DNA of 64,000 nt from an uncultured Hormoscilla sp. (GTDB taxonomy: Bacteria > Cyanobacteriota > Cyanobacteriia > Cyanobacteriales > Desertifilaceae), in contig OZ001293.3 of the NCBI GenBank assembly GCA_963921275.4, forward strand, positions 6,784,001 to 6,848,000, in the 5' to 3' direction. Made by a program: the position numbers and the translations under genes. The notes under the pieces are model-generated. The model was not told the DNA's origin. It saw nothing but the letters and a program-made list of their open reading frames with translations, and did no database searches. Position 1 is the first letter of the stretch; each line of letters starts with the position of its first letter. Below, one piece after another: positions 1 to 11,070 of the stretch.

Positions 1-367
1 GGAAAAATGGGCCAAGGATAGCCTCAGCGGTGAAGAATTGATCGGTGCGACGATCGTCGCCCGGGCCCTACCTTCTCCCCTGAAGCGGATCGCGGAAAAC
101 GCAGGTCAAAATGGTGCGGTGATCGCCGAACGGGTGAAGGAAAAAGAATTCGACGTGGGCTACAACGCGGCGAGCAATGATTTCGTGAATCTGTTCGATG
201 CGGGTATTGTTGACCCCGCTAAGGTGACTCGTTCCGCCCTGCAAAATGCGGCTTCGATCGCGGGGATGGTGCTGACGACCGAGTGTATCGTGGTTGACAA
301 GCCCGAACCCAAGGAAGGAGCTAGTGCTGGTGCTGGCGCTGGCATGGGCGGCGACTTCGATTACTAA
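1..367 (+). CDS. groEL: Chaperonin GroEL, 3' end (gene starts before the window)
   Basis: [27 protein letters not shown] motif; the GMGGDFDY tail is typical of cyanobacterial GroEL1. Confidence 0.97.
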   Translation, partial: EKWAKDSLSGEELIGATIVARALPSPLKRIAENAGQNGAVIAERVKEKEFDVGYNAASNDFVNLFDAGIVDPAKVTRSALQNAASIAGMVLTTECIVVDKPEPKEGASAGAGAGMGGDFDY

Positions 368-373
368 TATTCT

Positions 374-427
374 GTAGGGTGGGCATCGCTCACCTGGTAG
401 CCGGTAGAGTGGGCATCGCCCACCTAC
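374..427. repeat. Two REP-like palindromes GTAGGGTGGGCANNGCCCACC
   Basis: The same palindrome recurs near 6174, 25672, 62520 and 63826, in each case just past a stop codon. Confidence 0.8.
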
Positions 428-432
428 TGATT

Positions 433-469
433 AAAACAGCAGCTTTCTGGTCAAGGCTGCTGTTTTTTT
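433..469 (+). terminator. Intrinsic terminator of groEL
   Basis: AAAACAGCAGC...GCTGCTGTTTTTTT hairpin with a U tract. Confidence 0.85.
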
Positions 470-779
470 GCTTGCACAATATCAAAAAAATAGTAATATT
501 ACGGAAGACATTTTCTGCTGAAGTGTGTGCAAATATATAAACAATATTCAAACTGCGCACATCTAACCCTTCACGTCTTTGGCAACTTGCTCAAAAGGCA
601 CTCAACAACGATTAGTTCAGCGCCAGTAATTTTCCTTGCCACAGGGATGCATCTCACTTTGGCATCTGAAATTTACCATAGATTATTTTCTATAGCAATA
701 AAAATTATATCTAATATAATTCTGTGGTTTTTTCAGAAAAAAAACATTTTCTGTGATAGGATGACAAGAAACAGGGTGA

Positions 780-1825
780 ACAGCGACTTTGAAGGAAAAG
801 TGGAGTTGAAGCCAGCCCTCAAAGTCTGGAACTTGTACTCCTACAATCTGCACAAAGCCACCTACGAAGGACTCAATAAACTGCTCGGACGGGAGAACAC
901 ACGCAACTTTATCATCGGACGGGGCAGCTATGTTGGTTCTCACCGATATGCAGGCTTGTGGACTGGGGATAACTCTTCGGACTGGGATTTCCTCCAGATG
1001 AATATTTCCCAAGTCCTGTCTCTAGGTATGCACGCCTTGGCAATCACGGGTCAAGATATCGGCGGCTTTGAAGAGGCAGCTTATGATGGCGGCAAGTGGG
1101 CGAGTCCAGAACTGGTGATTCGCTGGACTGCGGCAGGGGCTTTCTTACCCTGGTTCCGCAATCACTACGTTCGCAAAGGGCGCAAAGAGTTCCAAGAACC
1201 CTTCCAGTATGTAGAGTGGTTTAATAACTATAAGGGCGGCAATATCCCAGAACCCCAAGACTTGTACCGCATGGTTCCCGACATTTGCAGGCATTACATT
1301 ACATTGCGCTACCGACTGATGCAGTTGTTCTATGATGCCTTGTTTGAGAACACCCTGGATGGGATGCCCATCTGTCGTCCTTTATTCCTCAACGATCCCC
1401 AAGACGAATCCCTCTACAATGATAAAGACCAATTCCTGAACGACGAATTCTTTGTCCGCAAGGATCTACTGATTGCTCCAGTGTTGCGCCCTCAATCTGA
1501 AGACAACAACAATGGCCGGCGGGATGTCTATGTGCCCAAAGGTAGCAACTGGTATTGCTTTGTGGACAACGTTATGCCTCTTGGTGCTGCGGTAGAAGGG
1601 GGCACAACGATACGGGATTTTGATGCCAATCTGAATACCAATGGCGATCACATTCACTTTATCGTTCCGATCCACGTCCGGGCAGGGGCAATCATTCCCA
1701 CAATTGAGATCGAACAATATGTGGGACAATTGAATGCAGAAGGTAAGCCCAATCCCATTACCCTGAATGTCTATCCAGGGAAGGAAGGGGAATACCACAT
1801 GTATTTGGACGATGGGGAGCGCTAA
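780..1825 (+). pseudogene. GH31 glycoside hydrolase / alpha-1,4-glucan lyase-like fragment, truncated at both ends
   Basis: WTGDNSSDW, GQDIGGF and WFRNHY motifs; no N-terminal or nucleophile region; the stop codon is supplied by a MITE end. Confidence 0.8.
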
Positions 1826-1916
1826 GTACCTAGGCAAAATTAATTTTATATGAGATCGCCGCCGAGCAAGCGTTACAGTCTGATTCGATATAAAAATAAT
1901 TTTGTACGACTACTTA
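1823..1916. mobile_element. MITE with TAAGTA..CAAAATTAATTTTA / TAAAAATAATTTTG..TACTTA ends
   Basis: Imperfect terminal inverted repeats bounded by TA; a related element lies at 47659-47790. Confidence 0.65.
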
Positions 1917-1944
1917 CTCGCACTACCCACGAGATGTAGCGCGC

Positions 1945-2100
1945 TAATCGTCTCCACAACCCAGGTCAACGGCTAACCGTGAAGTTCCCTCCAGCTTTTC
2001 GGCATCAAAACTATTCAATGCTAACAGCAGGGTCTTTCTCGGCGGACGGCCACCGCCTGATAATAGGCTACCCAATCTCGGTCTAAAAATTGGCTTTGAT
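1945..2100 (-). pseudogene. Class I SAM-dependent methyltransferase, N-terminal fragment
   Basis: Reads DWVAYYQAV, frameshift, GRPPRKTLLLAL...LAVDLGCGD, then runs into a repeat. Confidence 0.6.
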
Positions 2101-2490
2101 TTCGACCTTCTTTATCTTTTGCTATAATTAGCATAGTAACAATTTACCTTCAGGACCAGATTATGATTCTTAGCGATCGTAATTCTTTCACTGCGAAACC
2201 GGTTGTCACCGGTGCAGTTAACATCTATGAGCGATCGACCGGGAAGGAAACCGCTACGATCGTAAGTAATATCAAGTTCTAGGCGATTACTGTTCCAGTC
2301 CCTGTTATACCATTTTGTCAAGATTTGCTACAAATGAAAGTCTGTAATCGGCGATTTTATCAAGAGATCTAACAGCGCTAGATCCCCGCAAACCCCCCTT
2401 CCCAAGGGGAGCAATCAGGCGCCCCCCCAATTGCCACGGGGGGGTTTGGAGGCTTTCAAGGGTATGTTTTTTATTTTTACCATATCCAAC

Positions 2491-2525
2491 TGAGTGGGGG
2501 AGTGGGGAGTGGGGAGTGGGGGAGT
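2491..2525. repeat. Heptamer tandem repeat (GGGGAGT)n, STRR-type
   Basis: Tandem copies visible directly. Confidence 0.8.
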
Positions 2526-3345
2526 TTGAACCGATAAAAGTGATTAATTGTCTAGATAATTATCCCGAAAGTCTCAAGGTTTACCCCCTAACCGCCTCTC
2601 CCCAACACCGCCTCTCTCTCTCAGACAAACCGAAATGTAAAAAACATACCCCTGTAAGGAGTTTGGGGGGGATCGGAGGTGCCGCCGTTGAGGTCTCTAC
2701 TAACTGTATCATCATTTTTTCAAAATGGTATTATTAATTATTATCATCACCCCAAAGACAATGCTTAACTGTTAATAATCATTACCGAAACCAAAATCTT
2801 TTGGGGTTAATATAATTAAAGTCAGGTTAATCGGGGACCGGAGGCGATCTCCGTAGCAGTGGTAGCAGTTTTCAGAGAAATAAAAACCGGGGATAGGTCT
2901 AAGTTCACGATCGTTTTAGCTGGCTAGAGGACAATACTTCACCTCCTGCATCACTTGACACACATGAGACAATATAGTTACGCCATCGGAGCGATCGCCT
3001 ACTTTATAAGTACCGAAGTTACTAAGGACGGCCCGATCGTAGTAAAGATTCGGTTGCACTCCGGACGGGATGATAAGTACCGTGCCCGTACCATGCCCGT
3101 ACCATGCTAGTGTTTCCGGCGAGCGATATAGATTAATATCTATATATTGATTAGTAATTTTAAATTAGCAACCATCATCCACATCCGTGCAAGGCCATTA
3201 AATAAATATTAAATTGCCACGATCAAACAGAATTGTCAGTTAAGGTGCAAAGAAGATAAAATGTTAAGCAGTTGTTAAGTATAGTGAGGGCCAGAGGAGC
3301 GATCGTAGCAAGATAGAATCGTCCGGCTAGAATAGGCAGTAAGGT

Positions 3346-4398
3346 ATGGAAAAGGACAAGCAAAAAGAAAAGGTTCCCAGTTCACTGCTAACCCTAACGG
3401 CGGGGGTGGTAATCACCCTGGTCAGCCTTTGGTATGGTCAAAATCACGGTCTCATGCCAGAGCAAGTATCGAAACAAGCAGTGCTAGTAGACAATTTCTT
3501 CGACATCATGATGACGATCGGCACCGCCCTGTTTTTGGTAGTGGAGGGGGCCATCTTGATAGCGGTAATTAGGTTTCGTCACCGTAAAGGAGATGACACT
3601 GACGCAGTGCCGATCAAAGGGAACTTGCCCTTAGAAGCATTTTGGACGGCAATTCCGGCTATCTTAGTCATTGGCCTGGGAATCTACAGCGTGCAAGTTT
3701 ACGAAGACATGGGAGGATTTGAGGTCAGCGGTCATCACATGATGGCTGCGGGCGATCGGTCCGCGGACGGCCCGAAAAATCGCGCGATCGCGGCCCCAAT
3801 AGCTGCGGACACAGAAGGAATGATAGCAGAAGCGACAGGGTTGCGTGCCGAACTTGGGTATAAAACCGAGAGCGAGTATGGCTTTGGAGCCAGCCCAGAA
3901 CGGGCAGGCAAAGCGGCGGATGTAGTAGTAAATGTTACAGGCATGCAGTTTTCTTGGGAGTTTGAGTATGAAGATACGGAGGTAGACTCAGCGGACAAAC
4001 TGCACGTGCCATTGGGGAAAGACATACTGCTGAACATCTCCGCAGGTGACGTGATCCACTCCTTCTGGGTACCGCAGTTGCGCCTCAAGCAAGATGCAAT
4101 TCCCGGCAGCGACGCGCAGCTGCGGTTCGTAGCTACCAAGACAGGAACCTACCCCATAGTCTGTGCGGAACTCTGCGGCAGCTATCACGGTATGATGCGG
4201 ACGGAAATGGTGGTAGAAACAGAGGAAGAATACTTAGATTGGTTAGCCGAAGAAAGCATTGCCCTCCAGCAAGATAGTCTTCAAACAGTTGCTGTGAACC
4301 CAGCAGATGCAACCCCATCAGAATTTCTGGCTCCTTACGCGGAAGAAATGGGGATTGATCCCAATATACGAGCAATAATCCACCAGCACAATTCCTGA
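3346..4398 (+). CDS. ctaC: Cytochrome c oxidase subunit II
   Basis: DVIHSFWVPQ and the CuA motif CAELCGSYHGMM; first gene of ctaCDE. Confidence 0.97.
   Translation: MEKDKQKEKVPSSLLTLTAGVVITLVSLWYGQNHGLMPEQVSKQAVLVDNFFDIMMTIGTALFLVVEGAILIAVIRFRHRKGDDTDAVPIKGNLPLEAFWTAIPAILVIGLGIYSVQVYEDMGGFEVSGHHMMAAGDRSADGPKNRAIAAPIAADTEGMIAEATGLRAELGYKTESEYGFGASPERAGKAADVVVNVTGMQFSWEFEYEDTEVDSADKLHVPLGKDILLNISAGDVIHSFWVPQLRLKQDAIPGSDAQLRFVATKTGTYPIVCAELCGSYHGMMRTEMVVETEEEYLDWLAEESIALQQDSLQTVAVNPADATPSEFLAPYAEEMGIDPNIRAIIHQHNS
3755..3778 (+). mobile_element. 24-nt micro-insertion (type C), in frame in ctaC
   Basis: ATCGGTCCGCGGACGGCCCGAAAA, identical to 54507-54530; removing it restores HIP1 GCGATCGC. Confidence 0.8.
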
Positions 4399-4423
4399 GA
4401 AATATTAGCAGTCAAAAAAAGAT

Positions 4424-6118
4424 ATGACAGAAGCGCAGATCAAACCAGAAATTCCCGAAAAGCAGCTTCTTGCTGCCCATTCTGGGCAGCAAGAAGCATG
4501 GAAGTGGTATGACTACTTCACATTCAACACGGACCACAAAGTCATAGGCATCCAATATCTGGTCACCGCCTTCATGTTCTATCTGATCGGCGGTTTGATG
4601 GCGATGGCTATGCGTACCGAACTGTATACTCCCGATTCAGATTTTCTAGATCCGTCACTATACAATGCCTTCCTCACCAACCACGGGACGATCATGATCT
4701 TTCTGTGGATTATCCCTAGTTCTATTGGTGGCTTTGGCAACTTCCTGGTGCCCCTGATGATCGGTGCCAAAGATATGGCCTTTCCTAAGCTGAACGCGAT
4801 CGCCTTTTGGCTAAACCCCCCAGCAGGGACGCTGCTATTGGGCAGTTTCTTCTTCGGGGGCGCCCAAAGTGGGTGGACCTCTTATCCTCCCCTCAGCCTG
4901 ATTACCGCTTCCACGGCGCAGTCGATGTGGATACTCAGCATCGTCCTGGTGGGAACATCCTCGATTTTGGGGTCCCTGAACTTTATCATTACCATTTGGA
5001 AAATGCGGGTTCCGACCATGAATTGGGACCAGCTACCCTTGTTCTGCTGGGCGATATTGGCGACCTCCATGTTGGCATTGGTTTCCACGCCAGTGTTGGC
5101 AGTAGGCATGATTCTGCTGTTGTTCGATATCAACTTCGGTACGAGTTTCTTTCAACCCGACGCGGGAGGTAATGTAGTAGTTTACCAGCATCTGTTCTGG
5201 TTCTATTCCCACCCAGCCGTCTATCTGATGATTCTGCCGATCTTCGGCATCATGTCGGAAGTGATTCCCGTTCACGCCCGCAAGCCGATCTTTGGTTATA
5301 AGGCGATCGCCTATTCGAGTATGGCCATTTGCCTTGTAGGTATGGTAGTCTGGGTTCACCACATGTTTACCAGCGGCACCCCGGCATGGATGCGGATGTT
5401 CTTCACCATCTCCACCCTAATCGTCGCAGTACCCACGGGGGTAAAGATCTTTAGCTGGGTAACTACCCTCTGGGGCGGCAAAATCCGTCTTAACAGTGCC
5501 ATGCTATTCGCCATTGGCTTATTGGCGATGTTCGTCCTGGGGGGACTCAGCGGCGTCACCTTAGGAAATGCGCCCTTCGACATTCACGTCCACGACACCT
5601 ACTATGTCGTTGCCCACTTCCACTACGTTCTGTTTGGCGGATCGGTATTTGGCATTTACGCTGGCATTTACCACTGGTTTCCCAAAATTACGGGGCGGAT
5701 GATGAACGAAACTTGGGGTCGGATTCACTTTGTCCTCACCTTCATCGGCACGAATCTGACCTTCTTGCCCATGCACGAACTGGGTTTGAAAGGAATGCCT
5801 CGGCGGGTAGCGATGTATGACCCCCAATTTGTCAGTCTGAATCAGATTTGTACCTACGGAGCTATTTTACTGGGCTTGTCGGTGATTCCCTTCTTCGTCA
5901 ACGCGATCTGGAGTTGGAGTCAAGGTCCAGTTGCAGGTGACAATCCTTGGCGGGCTTTGACCTTAGAGTGGCAAACCACTTCGCCCCCTGCCATTGAAAA
6001 CTTTGAGGGCATCCCGGTGATATCCTGGGGTCCATACGATTACGGCATGAACCATCTGAACGGCAAGAAACTAACTGGCGAAGTCATAGCCCAAGCAAGT
6101 GCCGCTAGCAAGAATTGA
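4424..6118 (+). CDS. ctaD: Cytochrome c oxidase subunit I
   Basis: WFYSHPAVY, VWVHHMF and VAHFHYV heme/CuB ligand motifs. Confidence 0.99.
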   Translation: MTEAQIKPEIPEKQLLAAHSGQQEAWKWYDYFTFNTDHKVIGIQYLVTAFMFYLIGGLMAMAMRTELYTPDSDFLDPSLYNAFLTNHGTIMIFLWIIPSSIGGFGNFLVPLMIGAKDMAFPKLNAIAFWLNPPAGTLLLGSFFFGGAQSGWTSYPPLSLITASTAQSMWILSIVLVGTSSILGSLNFIITIWKMRVPTMNWDQLPLFCWAILATSMLALVSTPVLAVGMILLLFDINFGTSFFQPDAGGNVVVYQHLFWFYSHPAVYLMILPIFGIMSEVIPVHARKPIFGYKAIAYSSMAICLVGMVVWVHHMFTSGTPAWMRMFFTISTLIVAVPTGVKIFSWVTTLWGGKIRLNSAMLFAIGLLAMFVLGGLSGVTLGNAPFDIHVHDTYYVVAHFHYVLFGGSVFGIYAGIYHWFPKITGRMMNETWGRIHFVLTFIGTNLTFLPMHELGLKGMPRRVAMYDPQFVSLNQICTYGAILLGLSVIPFFVNAIWSWSQGPVAGDNPWRALTLEWQTTSPPAIENFEGIPVISWGPYDYGMNHLNGKKLTGEVIAQASAASKN

Positions 6119-6237
6119 TCTAAGAAACCAGGTAATTCCGGCAACACCTGGTTTCTGGGCTACTGGTTCAGTTGTAGGGTGGGCACCGCCCACCTGACGC
6201 TAGAAATAGCTTAATATTGGAGGAAAGACAAGAAATT

Positions 6238-6867
6238 ATGCAAGGTTCAACGGTAGATCATCCTCAAACACTGCTAGACTCAACGGCCCCTAATCCGGTG
6301 TCAACCCATCACGAGGAACATCCAGATTACCGGGTTTTAGGGTTGCTAGTGTTCCTGATTTCCGAATCTCTCATGTTCGGCGGACTGTTTGCCTCCTATT
6401 TGATTTACAGAGGCGGTGCCGCAACTTGGCCTCCTGAAGGCACGGAGGTAGAACTATTACTGCCTACTATTAACACCATCATTCTGGTTTCCAGCAGTTT
6501 TGTCATTCATAATGGCGATACGGCAATCAAGCAGAATGATGTTTCTCGCATGCGGCTTTGGTATGTTGCTACAGCAATTATGGGCATCATTTTCCTAGGC
6601 GGTCAGGCTTACGAGTATCTAACTCTCGGTTATGGTTTGACTGAAAATGTATTCTCCAACTGCTTCTACCTGATGACTGGCTTCCACGGGTTGCACGTAA
6701 CGGTGGGGGTTTTGCTGATTCTGGGAGTCTTGTGGCGATCGCGCCGTGATGGTCACTATAGCGACACCAAGCATGTGGGGATAGAAATGGCTGAAATCTA
6801 CTGGCACTTCGTAGATATCATCTGGATTATCCTGTTCGCACTCCTGTACATTCTCACCATGTTTTAG
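6238..6867 (+). CDS. ctaE: Cytochrome c oxidase subunit III
   Basis: FLISESLMF, TGFHGLHV and YWHFVD motifs; alternative start at 6217. Confidence 0.97.
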   Translation: MQGSTVDHPQTLLDSTAPNPVSTHHEEHPDYRVLGLLVFLISESLMFGGLFASYLIYRGGAATWPPEGTEVELLLPTINTIILVSSSFVIHNGDTAIKQNDVSRMRLWYVATAIMGIIFLGGQAYEYLTLGYGLTENVFSNCFYLMTGFHGLHVTVGVLLILGVLWRSRRDGHYSDTKHVGIEMAEIYWHFVDIIWIILFALLYILTMF

Positions 6868-7144
6868 AATTAAGAAACCAGGTTTTTATCGAAAACCTGG
6901 TTTCTGGGCTACCATTCGATCGCGCTATACTCCCAAAGAGATTGCGCTGCGCGCACACGGCTACGCCTGCGCTAACGGGGGGACTTCCGGTGTTCCCGAC
7001 AATGGCAGTCAGGGATTCCCCCCTCGATATCTCTGGGGTAGTGCGATTAGCGCGTCCCCTCTGGGGGATATCGAAGCAATGACAATTACAGGAGGCCCCG
7101 AAGCAATTATATACCTCTTTATCTATGCAGCCAGACAAGAGACC

Positions 7145-7714
7145 ATGATAAAAACAGTCCCCAAACCAATGACCCTAGAAGAGTTTCTGGAACAGCCAGA
7201 AACCAAGCCTGCCAGGGAATATCTCGACGATCGCATTATTCAGAAACCAATGCCTCAAGGAAAGCATAGCTTCATTCAATCGGAACTCTTGACAACCATT
7301 AACAGTCTGGCCAAACCCCAGAGTCGGGCTTATGCGTTCCCAGAACTGCGCTGCACCTTTGGAGGACGATCGATCGTTCCCGATGTAGTTGTATTGCGTT
7401 GGGAGAGAATTCCCTCCGACAATCGCGGTGAGGTGGCGAACTCGTTTGAAAGCCATCCCGATTGGACGATTGAAATTTTGTCTCCCGGGCAAAGCCAAAC
7501 TCAGGTCATTAATAAGATTGGACATTGCATAGAATATGGCTGTCAACTCGGGTGGTTAATCGATCCAGAAGAACGATGCGTCTTAGTTTTTTCCCCGGGA
7601 CTAAGCCTAGGAATCTTCTCCAACGACCAAGAGGTTCTGCCAACACCAGACTTTTTAGCAGAACTCGCTCTCACGAGCGATCGCCTGTTCGCTTGGCTGA
7701 AATTGTCGGGTTGA
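7145..7714 (+). CDS. Uma2 family endonuclease
   Basis: MTLEEFL, PMPQGKHS, PDWTIEILSP and GWLIDP motifs. Confidence 0.92.
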   Translation: MIKTVPKPMTLEEFLEQPETKPAREYLDDRIIQKPMPQGKHSFIQSELLTTINSLAKPQSRAYAFPELRCTFGGRSIVPDVVVLRWERIPSDNRGEVANSFESHPDWTIEILSPGQSQTQVINKIGHCIEYGCQLGWLIDPEERCVLVFSPGLSLGIFSNDQEVLPTPDFLAELALTSDRLFAWLKLSG

Positions 7715-7894
7715 GGTGCTGGCCAAATATCGGACAGCCGCTGCGCTAACGGCAGTCCCGAACTTAAGAGCGATCGCCTTTGGGAAGGAACTCCAGCAAT
7801 TCTCTTAGCAATTCCCGTCAATCTGTGCTAGAAGGAAATAAATCCGCTCTCTATTCCTGTCAATCTGGTTAAGTCGTGCCAAATGGGAGGCGGG

Positions 7895-8152
7895 TTACCA
7901 CTTCAGAAACGCTGCACCCGCCACTCCCCGATCGCGCCTAATTTTCCCATCTTTTTCAAACCAGTCAATCACCTGCTGATGGGTGAGATCTTCGACCAGG
8001 ACAGTATCGGCAGCGATCTGCTTCAATAGTCTTAGAGATGAAATCGTCAATCTAGTCAAAAACTTCTCAGAACTAGATAGTAGGGCTTTGTCTACATCTG
8101 CTGACTCTTCTGGGGTTAAAAATTGCGCTGATGGTTGTGGTCCTGCTTCCAT
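7895..8152 (-). CDS. Conserved hypothetical protein (85 aa), copy 1
   Basis: Near-identical to 16889-17146. Confidence 0.8.
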   Translation of the reverse strand: MEAGPQPSAQFLTPEESADVDKALLSSSEKFLTRLTISSLRLLKQIAADTVLVEDLTHQQVIDWFEKDGKIRRDRGVAGAAFLKW

Positions 8153-8205
8153 GAAATTTATACTATTGATATATTTACATTAGCTAGCTTTTAAGTAGCC
8201 GTAGT

Positions 8206-8612
8206 TTATTTACTTTTCCCTACCTGCAATACCTGCATTGCTGTCAAAGGTGACTCTTGACCCAATTCTGACAGCAGCGCCGACGCGATCGCATCATCTC
8301 CGGCAAACACTGCTTCTTCATAAAGTCCTGACACCAGAGTCAATACTGTAATCTGCTCCTGTATCGGGTCAACGATCCAATATTCGGCAATTCGGAGGGC
8401 TTGATATTGCGATCGCTTGTAGCGATAATCTCGGGAAGCATTTTCCTGTCCGGGGCTGACTACCTCTACCACTAACTGCGGCCGTGGCATATCGGGCATC
8501 ACGATCAAACGACTCGCCCCTTCCAATGCTTGCGCTAATTCCTCTGTCAGCACCGCAAAATCTGGGAGTCGCACTGACGATCGCGTCCCACTCACCGCCA
8601 CTTCTATCCCAT
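8206..8612 (-). pseudogene. Uma2 endonuclease C-terminal part, fused out of frame to a DJ-1 fragment
   Basis: Near-identical to the 3' parts of 17618-18238 and 18340-18960; 5' part missing. Confidence 0.85.
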
Positions 8613-8752
8613 TCTCCCCACATATTAGTGAGAAAATCCACACTGGCACCGAGAACCTTAAAGCCAATTTCGTAATAGTCCAGTTCGTGGGTAATGAACT
8701 CTGTTTCAGTCAGCACCGCGACCTTTTTTCCTTGTAGTGCTTTATAGGACAT
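8613..8752 (-). pseudogene. DJ-1/PfpI family protein, N-terminal fragment
   Basis: LQGKKVAVLTETEFITHELDYY...LGASVDF; breaks into Uma2 sequence. Confidence 0.7.
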
Positions 8753-8898
8753 TTTTTTCTTTGACAATTGAGTTTGAGTATCAGCCAGAAACCCGGTTTC
8801 TGGTTACCCTATCAAGCATATATCAATACTCTGACAAGAGAAACCCGGTTTCTTGGCCGACAGTTGCTAAGGTTGCAACTAGAGCTTGGCTTTAGGGT

Positions 8899-10491
8899 TT
8901 ACCGAACATCAGTAAACATGACTTTTTGTTGCTTGAAACCCGGAATGGGTTGAACCTTCCGACCATTGTCATAACAAGGTTCTATGAGCGAGTGAACCTT
9001 GGCCGCAAACAGGTAAGGACGAATTTGAGTCTTCTCGGGAATTTCTTTAAAGGCAAAGTACAAGGTGGTGGGCAAGTTGTGAATTGCTTGTCCGGTTATA
9101 TAGCCAACGAGATCGTGCTCGAAGCTGTGGAAGGCATTTTTCCAAGAATGTTGCTTGGGGAAGCGAATATCGGGAAGATTGTCCCGCGCATTCACCCAGT
9201 GCCAAATGCCACCATGTTTGTGGTCTACCATATGCTCGAACCAGTAAGCATAGGTGGTGGGCAGATATTTTGCGTAGGAGGGGATCCCGCAAGCTGAAGG
9301 TGGCGGCTGTTTGATCTAGTTCCGCTAAAATCCACCACTCTTTATCCGTTTCCAGTTGGCCGTATTGATTGATGCGCCGTCCCCAAGTCCCATCTTCTAG
9401 AAATGCTTCTTCAAAGATTAAAGGTACTTTTTCTTGGGCAAAGGCCGTGAGTTCGTAATGCCCGGTTAACTTGCCGATTTCATAGATCAACCACAAGGTT
9501 TTAATGGAGTGACCGAAGTCCGTATGGTCGGTTCCCAACCTTTGCTCGATCGGGTCGGTAATCGCACCGAAGAAAATATTGTTGTCTGGGGTGTAGAACT
9601 GCTCGGCCATAATTGTGGCCAGATGCACCAAGTCATCTTCCCATTTTGACCGCAGGGGTTTGCCGTTAAAGGTTTCTGGCAAGGTGGGAGTCAACAACAA
9701 CATATAACCGTAGACTTGGTCTAGTTGAGCGACTAATTCCCGTTGTTCGGTGCTAACTTTTTCTTCCGTACCGTCTGGATTGACGTAATCTACGTAATCC
9801 TCATGGGCCCAAGCGAGCAAATCCCATTCTTCGTCGTAATAGGTGTCAAAAATGTAATCTTTGAGAGCGACTATATCTGCCAATACATCGGTATCGCGGG
9901 TGAGATAGTAGTAAAATCCCAAGCCAGCAACAGCATAAGCCATGTCTTGACTGATGCGTCGAGCTTCACTCGGTAGGCCGACCCCATCTTCAAAGTAGGT
10001 GTAGGCTCCACCTTCTGGGGCTAAAGCGTGTGCGTGCAAATAGTCTACTCCAGCTTTAGCCAGTTTCAGGTATTTGCTCTCTCCGGTGAGATTGTAAGCA
10101 ACACCGTAGGCAAAGATTTGTCGGGACTTGGCGCGGACGTACTCCCGTTCGGGCTTGACGATACCGGGAACGGGATTTTCCAATTCCGGGCAGGGCTCTA
10201 CCATGTTGTACAAAGACCCGTCATTGCAGCGATAGGTGGGGTAGTTGCCAACGGGACTGCCCCATGCTGTCTGCATTTCCCAGAAGGGCAGCAAGTCTTC
10301 TTCCAGTGCTGAAGCCAACGACCGCCGGTGGGAACATCGCTAATAATTCCGTCGATATTATCGACAGGATATTGACGAGCCTCCGAAACGAATGCGGAAG
10401 CCGGTGTAACGCCATATACGCACAGAAGTGCCAAACTCAGCAATAGGCTGGCTGCCATCTTGAATAGACGATGGCGAGTTATGTCGAACAT
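8899..10491 (-). pseudogene. Secreted AGE-family (N-acylglucosamine 2-epimerase-like) protein with two frameshifts
   Basis: Signal-peptide-like start; LLPFW, KSRQIFAYG, DFGHSIK, KEWWILAE and WKNAFHSFEH motifs; frameshifts near 10310 and 9280. Confidence 0.8.
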
Positions 10492-10716
10492 GAAAACTCT
10501 TCTTTTCTTTTGAGGTTGCCAAAAAAACACAAAGCCTTTTCTCTGGGCTTGGTTCTTCTCCACTATATCCCCCTTATTTTTCAATGTCAAGCCCCAATAT
10601 CTACTTTTTTTTAGTCCCTTTATCCACCTTTTGGGGCCTACATGCACAAACTAAATAAGAGGCGAGAATATCTCAGAACCACAACCACCGGCGATCGCAC
10701 TGCAGGAGAATCCCCA

Positions 10717-10755
10717 AAAAAGAGCGATCGCCCAGGAAAGAGGCGATCGCTCTTA
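10717..10755 (-). terminator. Intrinsic terminator downstream of the lodB-like gene
   Basis: Hairpin built from two HIP1 sites with a minus-strand T tract; homologous to 15353-15390. Confidence 0.6.
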
Positions 10756-11070
10756 TGCTATTTTTAATTTTTGCTGACAATTGGAGCTGGGTTTCCAAAG
10801 CTTTAGCCCCGGGCTCCCAAGATGTCAACTAAGGAGCCTATTTATAGCAATTTTCATGAAAGTTGAATCATGTCCTAATTTATGTTTGCTATTCCCAAGG
10901 GCCCGTTCCCAAAAAGCCTAAAGCCAATAGCATGTATTCAATCAACCTGAAAACCGCTGTAATTGAGGAATCGTACAACGCTCCCAAAAATCTGCCGATA
11001 CAACACCCCTGCTTGCCACAGATCAGTTCCAAACTGAACAGAGATCGCTCTCCTGGGAGAAACTAACAAA

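Noticed and set aside
527..780. N-terminus of the 432-aa GH31 ORF
   Set aside because: AT-rich sequence with no GH31 character; it is only fortuitously in frame.
2112..3340. Short ORFs or an ncRNA in the long ctaC upstream region
   Set aside because: ORFs are short, overlap repeats and lack motifs; no RNA family was recognised.
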